Assembly: GCA_019358935.1 (NCBI GenBank)
Contig: JAHHIK010000087.1
Span: forward strand, 1 to 36,521
Reading direction: 5' to 3'
DNA: 36,521 nt
From: Tolypothrix carrinoi HA7290-LM1
GTDB lineage: Bacteria > Cyanobacteriota > Cyanobacteriia > Cyanobacteriales > Nostocaceae
Shown here one piece after another: positions 31,152 through 36,521 of this stretch. The notes under the pieces were generated by a model. It worked only from the letters and a program-made list of their open reading frames with translations, was not told the origin of the DNA and ran no database searches. Numbering within the stretch: the first letter of the stretch is position 1; the number at the start of each line of letters is the position of its first letter. Made by a program: the position numbers and the translations under genes.

Positions 31152-31227
31152 AGGAATACAAGCTGATGTAGAAAAAGGAGTAAGCTTTTAGCAGTATTTG
31201 CATTGAATCTCAAATCCAAAATTTCAT

Positions 31228-31352
31228 GTGGTAAGTAGCTCAATAGTAGAGCGCCAATTTTATCCGTAAGGGTCGAAGAATAAAGGGTTATCGCGAAAGT
31301 GTCCCCCTTAATTTGCCGGAAATGCGGGTGCAAATCCCGCTTTGCTACACCA
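31228..31352 (+). ncRNA. tRNA-like Y RNA candidate 1 (class A)
   Basis: 8-bp acceptor GTGGTAAG/TTTGCTAC + ACCA, D-arm GCTC..GAGC, T-arm GCGGG-TGCAAAT-CCCGC; ATCC-GTAA-GGGT-C-GAAG hairpin in place of the anticodon arm. Confidence 0.85.
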
Positions 31353-31387
31353 AATTAATTAGAAATACAAAACGTGCGAATTTTCAT

Positions 31388-31517
31388 GTGGTGGGTAGCC
31401 AAGTGGTTGAAGGCGCTAAACATCCTTGTTCACAACTTGCTTGAAAAAGCCGAGGAATTGAGGGTTATCGTAATACAAACGAGTATTCGTGGGTTCAAAT
31501 CCCGCCCCACTACACCA
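31388..31517 (+). ncRNA. tRNA-like Y RNA candidate 2 (class B)
   Basis: GTGGTGGG/CCCACTAC + ACCA, D-arm GCC..GGC, T-arm GTGGG-TTCAAAT-CCCGC; CTTGCTT-GAAA-AAGC-C-GAG hairpin. Confidence 0.85.
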
Positions 31518-31571
31518 ATTAATTTGAGATTTTAGATTTAATCTAAAATCCTTGGCTCCAAAATTTTCTAT

Positions 31572-31702
31572 GTGGTAAGTAGCTTAATAGTAGAGCGCCA
31601 ATTTTGCCCAAAAGGGACGGAAGAATCGAGGGTTATCGCTGTTAACGAACTATCCCCTTAATTCGCCGGAGATGCGGGTGCAAATCCCGCCTTGCTACAC
31701 CA
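31572..31702 (+). ncRNA. tRNA-like Y RNA candidate 3 (class A)
   Basis: GTGGTAAG/CTTGCTAC + ACCA; close paralog of candidate 1. Confidence 0.85.
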
Positions 31703-31778
31703 AATAATTCAAAATAAAAAATGCAAAATTTTGCATTTTCAACTCTTAACTCTTAACTCCTAACTTCTAACTTTATAT

Positions 31779-31906
31779 GTGGCGGGTAGCTCAGTTAGGT
31801 AGAGCGCCGAAAACATCCTTTTTCACAACTTGTCTGAAAAGACCGAAGAATGAGGGTTATCGCATTTGAAGCCGGATGTCGCAGGTTCAAGTCCTGCTCC
31901 GCCACC
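31779..31906 (+). ncRNA. tRNA-like Y RNA candidate 4 (class B, CCA not encoded)
   Basis: GTGGCGGG/TCCGCCAC, D-arm GCTC-AGTTAGGTA-GAGC, T-arm GCAGG-TTCAAGT-CCTGC; CTTGTCT-GAAA-AGAC-C-GAAG hairpin. Confidence 0.85.
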
Positions 31907-31941
31907 TTTCATTTTGCCCGTAAGGGCTGGGAGATGAAGTC

Positions 31942-33543
31942 ATGAATTATAAATTCTTTACAAAAAATAAGACAGGTACACCACAAAATAAACCTATCCC
32001 TGGACGAGAAGCAGAGATGATTCAGGGACGTAGTGGTGGCTTCATGTTTGATGCTGGCATTTGGCAGATGTTGCGTCGCTGTTTGCTAGTTGGCACGGCA
32101 CAAAGCACTTATTATGCCGGAAAGCAGGAATTAACAGAGGATTTTGTCGCGGTTTTAAAACAAGCTGTTGCGGAAAATCCCCGCCGCGTTGCCGAAGAAA
32201 TCTTGTATGCTAGCGATGGACGCGCCATCAACAACAGTGCGCCTATCCTTGCATTAGTGCTGCTATCGATGGGTGAAGCACCAGAAGCTAAAAAAGCTTT
32301 TATGGAAATCTTTCCCCAAGTTGTTCGCACCGGTAGCCACTTCTACGAATGGTTGAGTTACACTAAATCTCTGCGGGGATTTGGTAAGGTGGTACGCGAA
32401 GCTGGTAAAAATTGGCTATCTCGTGAAGATGTGAAAGCTTTAGCTTATCAGCTTTTGAAATATCAACAGCGTCAAGGCTTCACTAATCGCGATGCATTAA
32501 GATTGTTTCATGTCAAGCCACCTACAGAAGATCATCGCCAACTGTTTGAGTGGGTGGTCAAAGGTTGGGAAGAAATGCCTGTGGAAATTCCTTCGCAGGC
32601 GATCGCCCAGATTTGGTGGTATGAATGGTTAAAGCGAAATCCCAGCAAAACTCATGAAGCCATTACTCAAGGACACCTAAGCCACGAAATGGCTGCACCT
32701 GTGGGCAAAATGGACAAAGCTGCTTGGCAGCTACTTTTCTCTGAAATGCCAATTGGGGCAATGTTGCGTAACCTCGGTTCACTAACAGAACTGGGTGTTT
32801 TGCAAACTCACGAAAGTGCGAATTTGCTGCGGGTGGAAGCTGTTCTCAACAACAAAGAACATCTGCGTAAAGGACGCATCCATCCGATTGATGTTTTGAA
32901 AGCGTTGAAAACTTATCAATCTGGGGGAAAATTAGGACGCAGCCAGAAGACTTGGAACCCAGTTTCTCGGATTGTAGACATCTTAGAAAAAGCGGTTGAA
33001 TTGTCTTTTGATGTAGTCGAACCCACAAATAAAGTCTTCATGCACGCCGTTGACGTTTCTGGTTCAATGGGTGGTATGGTTGCGGATATGGGGCTGACTT
33101 GTTGCGAAATTGCCACAACAATGGCGCTAGTTACAGCAAAAGCTGAGAAAAACTACATGATTCGCGGCTTTGCTACCGACTTCCGCGACTTGGGTATTAC
33201 TGCCAAAGATAGTTTTGGTTCGGCTGTTCGCAAAGCTAGCAATCAAAACTTCGGTGGAACAGATGCATCTGTAGCCTATGACTGGATGATTAAGAATAAG
33301 TTTAAAGCAGATGTCGTTTGCTTTTGGACAGATTCAGAATCATGGGCTGGTTACAAGCATCCGAGTCAAGCGCTGGCTAAGTATCGGCTTCATGTGAATC
33401 CCGATGTCAAAGCGGTGTATGTCACTCTGACACCTTATCAGATTACGCTGGTAGATCCGAAAGATCCGCTCTCCTGGGATTTAGGCGGATTCGATCCGGG
33501 AATTCCTCGGATTATTCAGATGTTAGCTACGGGTGAATTGTAA
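31942..33543 (+). CDS. rsr: Ro60-related TROVE/vWA RNA-binding protein (Rsr)
   Basis: RSGGFMF N-terminus, KYQQRQGFTNRDALRLFH, MLRNLG, RIHPIDVL, DVSGSM MIDAS, GGTD, TDSE. Confidence 0.93.
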   Translation: MNYKFFTKNKTGTPQNKPIPGREAEMIQGRSGGFMFDAGIWQMLRRCLLVGTAQSTYYAGKQELTEDFVAVLKQAVAENPRRVAEEILYASDGRAINNSAPILALVLLSMGEAPEAKKAFMEIFPQVVRTGSHFYEWLSYTKSLRGFGKVVREAGKNWLSREDVKALAYQLLKYQQRQGFTNRDALRLFHVKPPTEDHRQLFEWVVKGWEEMPVEIPSQAIAQIWWYEWLKRNPSKTHEAITQGHLSHEMAAPVGKMDKAAWQLLFSEMPIGAMLRNLGSLTELGVLQTHESANLLRVEAVLNNKEHLRKGRIHPIDVLKALKTYQSGGKLGRSQKTWNPVSRIVDILEKAVELSFDVVEPTNKVFMHAVDVSGSMGGMVADMGLTCCEIATTMALVTAKAEKNYMIRGFATDFRDLGITAKDSFGSAVRKASNQNFGGTDASVAYDWMIKNKFKADVVCFWTDSESWAGYKHPSQALAKYRLHVNPDVKAVYVTLTPYQITLVDPKDPLSWDLGGFDPGIPRIIQMLATGEL

Positions 33544-33685
33544 GGGTTAATGGGCATTGGGCATTGGGCAATGGGCAATGGACAATGGTAATAATTCTTT
33601 CCCTTGTCCACGCCAGTCGCCGAGGGCGTTCGTGACCTCCGCACGGAGAAAAGCTCCCCTTGTCCCCACTCCCTAACCCCAGTCT

Positions 33686-33797
33686 TGGCGGGTTTTCCTG
33701 GTTCACAACTTACCTGAAAAGGACGAAGAACTTAGGGTTATCGGTTAAAATCTCCACCATTGTGGGGATCAGCGGGTTCAAATCCCGCACCCGCCGT
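33686..33797 (+). ncRNA. Y-like RNA candidate 5 (no D-arm)
   Basis: GGCGGGT/ACCCGCC closing stem, class-B core, AGGGTTATCG, extra hairpin ATCTCCAC/GTGGGGAT, T-arm GCGGG-TTCAAAT-CCCGC. Confidence 0.78.
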
Positions 33798-33939
33798 TAT
33801 TTTATGATAAATATAAAGTTGCTCAAAGGCGATCGCTTTTTACCCAGATGTGCGACTATACAAACAAAGTTAGCCTCGGTAAGCGATGATGCTATTCTAT
33901 CGTTGCTAAAATAATTGCAGTGGTGGTGATTGGCAGAAT

Positions 33940-34359
33940 ATGTCAGCCAAAGATAGATTTCACGAGGCTGTAAAAACTGCACTTCAAAAAGATGGGTGGA
34001 CGATAACCGATGATCCACTGAGTATCCGTATAAGCTCTAGAACCAAACTTTATATAGATTTAGGAGCCGAAAAAATTATTGCTGCACAACGCGATCAAGA
34101 AAAAATTGCCGTTGAAGTCAAAAGTTTTTTGAGTGCTTCTACAATAGCTGAATTCCATACAGCAGTAGGACAATATATTAACTACCGCTACGCTTTGACA
34201 GACTTTGGTTATGAGCAAACTTTATATTTAGCAGTACCTTTTTACATTTATGATGATTTTTTTACACAGCCATTTGTTCAGTCGGTGATTCAACGTAGCC
34301 AAGTTAATTTACTTATTTACGATGATGAAAAAGAAGAGGTTGTGCGATGGCAAAGCTAG
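33940..34359 (+). CDS. xisH: XisH-family protein
   Basis: MSAKDRFHEAVKTALQKDGWTITDDP, IDLGAEK, IAVEVKSF. Confidence 0.93.
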   Translation: MSAKDRFHEAVKTALQKDGWTITDDPLSIRISSRTKLYIDLGAEKIIAAQRDQEKIAVEVKSFLSASTIAEFHTAVGQYINYRYALTDFGYEQTLYLAVPFYIYDDFFTQPFVQSVIQRSQVNLLIYDDEKEEVVRWQS

Positions 34360-34682
34360 AAGAATATCGAGATTATATTCAGCAATTACTGACAAAATAT
34401 GCAGCGCGTGACTCTGGTGAAGATGGTGTAGAAGTGCAAACTATTTTTGACACGAAGCATGACCACTATCAGGTTTCTTATGTTGGTTGGCGCAATCGAC
34501 GGCGCGTTTTTGGTCCGGTGATGCATCTTGATATTAAGAATGGCAAAATTTGGATTCAGTGGAATGGTACTGAAGATGACATCGCGGCAAAATTAGTGGA
34601 AATGGGTGTAGCTAAGGAAGATATTGTATTAGGGTTTCACACGCCGTATGTGCGCTCCTTTACAGATTTTGCGGTGGGGTGA
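34347..34682 (+). CDS. xisI: XisI-family protein
   Basis: DHYQ, HLDIKNGKIWIQWNGTE, DIVLGFH; overlaps xisH. Confidence 0.93.
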   Translation: MAKLEEYRDYIQQLLTKYAARDSGEDGVEVQTIFDTKHDHYQVSYVGWRNRRRVFGPVMHLDIKNGKIWIQWNGTEDDIAAKLVEMGVAKEDIVLGFHTPYVRSFTDFAVG

Positions 34683-34774
34683 TTTTAATCGGGTTTGGGG
34701 AGTGCGATCGCCAAATTTCATTTCTTTTGTATACTAAAAATAGATTACGTTCTCAAAGGCGAAAGGTAGTCAGT

Positions 34775-35192
34775 GTGCCAGCAAGAGACATCTATCATGA
34801 TAATTTTAAAAATGCACTTATCAAGGATGGCTGGATAATTACCCATGACCCTTATATGCTTAAATGGGGTTTGAAAGATTTATACATTGATTTAGGCGCA
34901 CAGAAACTTTTAGCAGCAGAAAAGCAAGAGCAAAAAATTGCCGTTGAAATTAAAAGTTTTGTTAGTCCATCTGAAGTTGAAGATTTAAAGAACGCTTAAT
35001 AGTCAATTTATTCTTTATAATGATATCCTCGCTCGCACAGAACCAAACCGCAAGCTTTATCTGGGTATCACGCGCGCTGTATTTATAGATATTTTTGAAG
35101 AGCCAATCGGTAAAATATTACTGGAAAATGAACGTGTCAGATTAATTACATTTGACTCAGAACAGGAGGCAATTATTAGATGGATATTTTAG
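34775..35192 (+). pseudogene. xisH: Second XisH-family gene, frameshifted near 34997
   Basis: (V)PARDIYHDNFKNALIKDGW...DLKNA*, then the +1 frame continues SQFILYNDILARTEPNRKLYL...EAIIRWIF*. Confidence 0.85.
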
Positions 35193-35515
35193 ATAAATAT
35201 CGGCAAATTATTCAAAATATTTTAGTAACCTATGTTGATATCAAGTATGCCAATGGAGACATACATAACGAAACAATTTTCGACCAGCCAACCGATAGAT
35301 ATTTAGTGATGTCATTAGGATGGCAAAGAGTAAAACGAATTCATGGTTGTTTAATTCACATCGATATTATTGATGGGAAAGTGTGGATTCAACGCGATGG
35401 AACTGAATATGGTATTGCTAATGAACTAGTGGATGCGGGTATTCCCAAAGAGCATATTGTACTTGGGTTTCATCAACCAAACGTGCGACAGCATACCGGT
35501 TTTGCTGTAGCTTGA
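35180..35515 (+). CDS. xisI: Second XisI-family protein
   Basis: RIHGCLIHIDIIDGKVWIQRDGTE, HIVLGFH. Confidence 0.93.
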   Translation: MDILDKYRQIIQNILVTYVDIKYANGDIHNETIFDQPTDRYLVMSLGWQRVKRIHGCLIHIDIIDGKVWIQRDGTEYGIANELVDAGIPKEHIVLGFHQPNVRQHTGFAVA

Positions 35516-35610
35516 TCGCTCTCTAGCCCAGATGAATAGAATTCGCGGTTAGACAAATAGAGCTTACCTGCATGGGCTAGGTATCGGGTTTTGGGGAGTG
35601 CGATCAGTAC

Positions 35611-35973
35611 TTAATCTTTATCATCTGACGCGTGTGTCTTTTGTAGAGCAGTTGCCAAACTAACTAAGCTTTGCCATAAGTTATGCAAAGTCTCACTTGA
35701 AACAGAGTTTTTGAGAAACCTAGCCCCCATTGCCGAATAAATAGAATTATCAAAAGTCGCCTTCTCTATTTCGGATGGTTCTTGCGCTTGCGGAACTGTG
35801 GCTGAGTTAGGGTGTGGAGGTGATTGAGCAAATATTCTTGTTAGTTCACCCAGTTCAACTTTCAATGCAACCGCTATTTTTTCAAGTGTTGCTGGCTTAG
35901 GACTAGCGGTATAGCCATTGACAATCTTACTAATCAAACTTTTATCTAGACCAGTAAACCTTACTACTGGCAT
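35611..35973 (-). CDS. XRE/Cro-type HTH protein, possibly lacking its first helix
   Basis: TGLDKSLISKIVNG...PKPATLEKIAVALKV. Confidence 0.6.
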   Translation of the reverse strand: MPVVRFTGLDKSLISKIVNGYTASPKPATLEKIAVALKVELGELTRIFAQSPPHPNSATVPQAQEPSEIEKATFDNSIYSAMGARFLKNSVSSETLHNLWQSLVSLATALQKTHASDDKD

Positions 35974-36521
35974 TCCTCTATTTTTGTTTTTTTACATATG
36001 CGAAAAAATAAATGGCGGGTCTATAAGCTCAATCCTTTACGGCTTGGAGAATAACAAGCAATATTTAAAGCCTGCGCTCGTCTGGCTTTGTATGTATAGC
36101 CCCACCCTTCGAGGGTGAGGGTGCCTAAATTCGACACAAAATAACGAGTGCGATCGCTTATCATTTCTCCAAGTACCGAATACGTGAAGTACCCCATCTT
36201 GCCTTCGGCTGAAGATGGGGCGTATCCCTTATCCAGACTTAGAACAAGGACGGTTTTATTCGTCTTCGGAGTTTCCCGTCTCAACCGCCGATGCCTCCTC
36301 AAACCCGTCGAATTCGTTAATTAAACGTCCCTAAAAAAGCGATAATTGGTTTCCACTCCTATACCAGTCAACACATAAGTAGCATATCGCAACAACGGAT
36401 ATCATTTAACCCGGTAAAAACTAGTAACAAGTACTAATTTCTACTGTGTATCGGGGTATATCCTCCCCAGCCCCAACAATCGTCGAGGCACTTGTCACGT
36501 CATTTAATGACTTGATAAAAA

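Noticed and set aside
31228..31906. Ordinary tRNA cluster or intron-containing tRNAs
   Set aside because: No 5-bp anticodon stem with a 7-nt loop, inserts far too short for group I introns, 8-bp acceptor stems, and a shared Ro-like hairpin
31228..31906. CRISPR-like array
   Set aside because: Units are ~130-nt folded paralogs, not short identical repeats with unique spacers; no cas genes
33660..33914. 84-aa ORF after rsr (and 31145-31333 on the minus strand)
   Set aside because: Overlap the structured Y-like RNAs and show no protein motifs
33940..35515. fdxN-type excision element
   Set aside because: No XisF-like recombinase or interrupted target gene in the window
1..36521. Frequent GCGATCGC as a novel motif
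   Set aside because: This is the well-known cyanobacterial HIP1 octamer

Overview
Chromosomal window from a filamentous, probably heterocyst-forming (Nostocales-like) cyanobacterium, judged from abundant HIP1 (GCGATCGC) sites, heptamer tandem repeats (STRR) and xisH/xisI genes. Housekeeping genes: argG, rpsB-tsf, recG, tpiA, folP. There are also two-component genes (one inactivated twice), two glycosyltransferases, and many small repeats and MITEs, several inserted in frame inside proteins. Main finding: a Ro60/TROVE gene (31942-33543) is preceded by four tandem ~125-131 nt tRNA-mimic, circularly permuted Y-like RNAs and followed by a fifth that lacks a D-arm. All five share a bulged hairpin resembling the Ro-binding site and an invariant AGGGTTATCG, and a similar hairpin covers the Ro60 ribosome-binding site. 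Second finding: a Thg1-like 3'-5' polymerase and a small P-loop kinase survive intact between eroded remnants of hen1 and pnkp, suggesting a reduced RNA-repair operon. An AT-rich two-gene islet (unknown membrane-anchored protein plus a GH4 glycosidase) sits next to IS debris. All assignments come from reading motifs by eye; no database searches were run.
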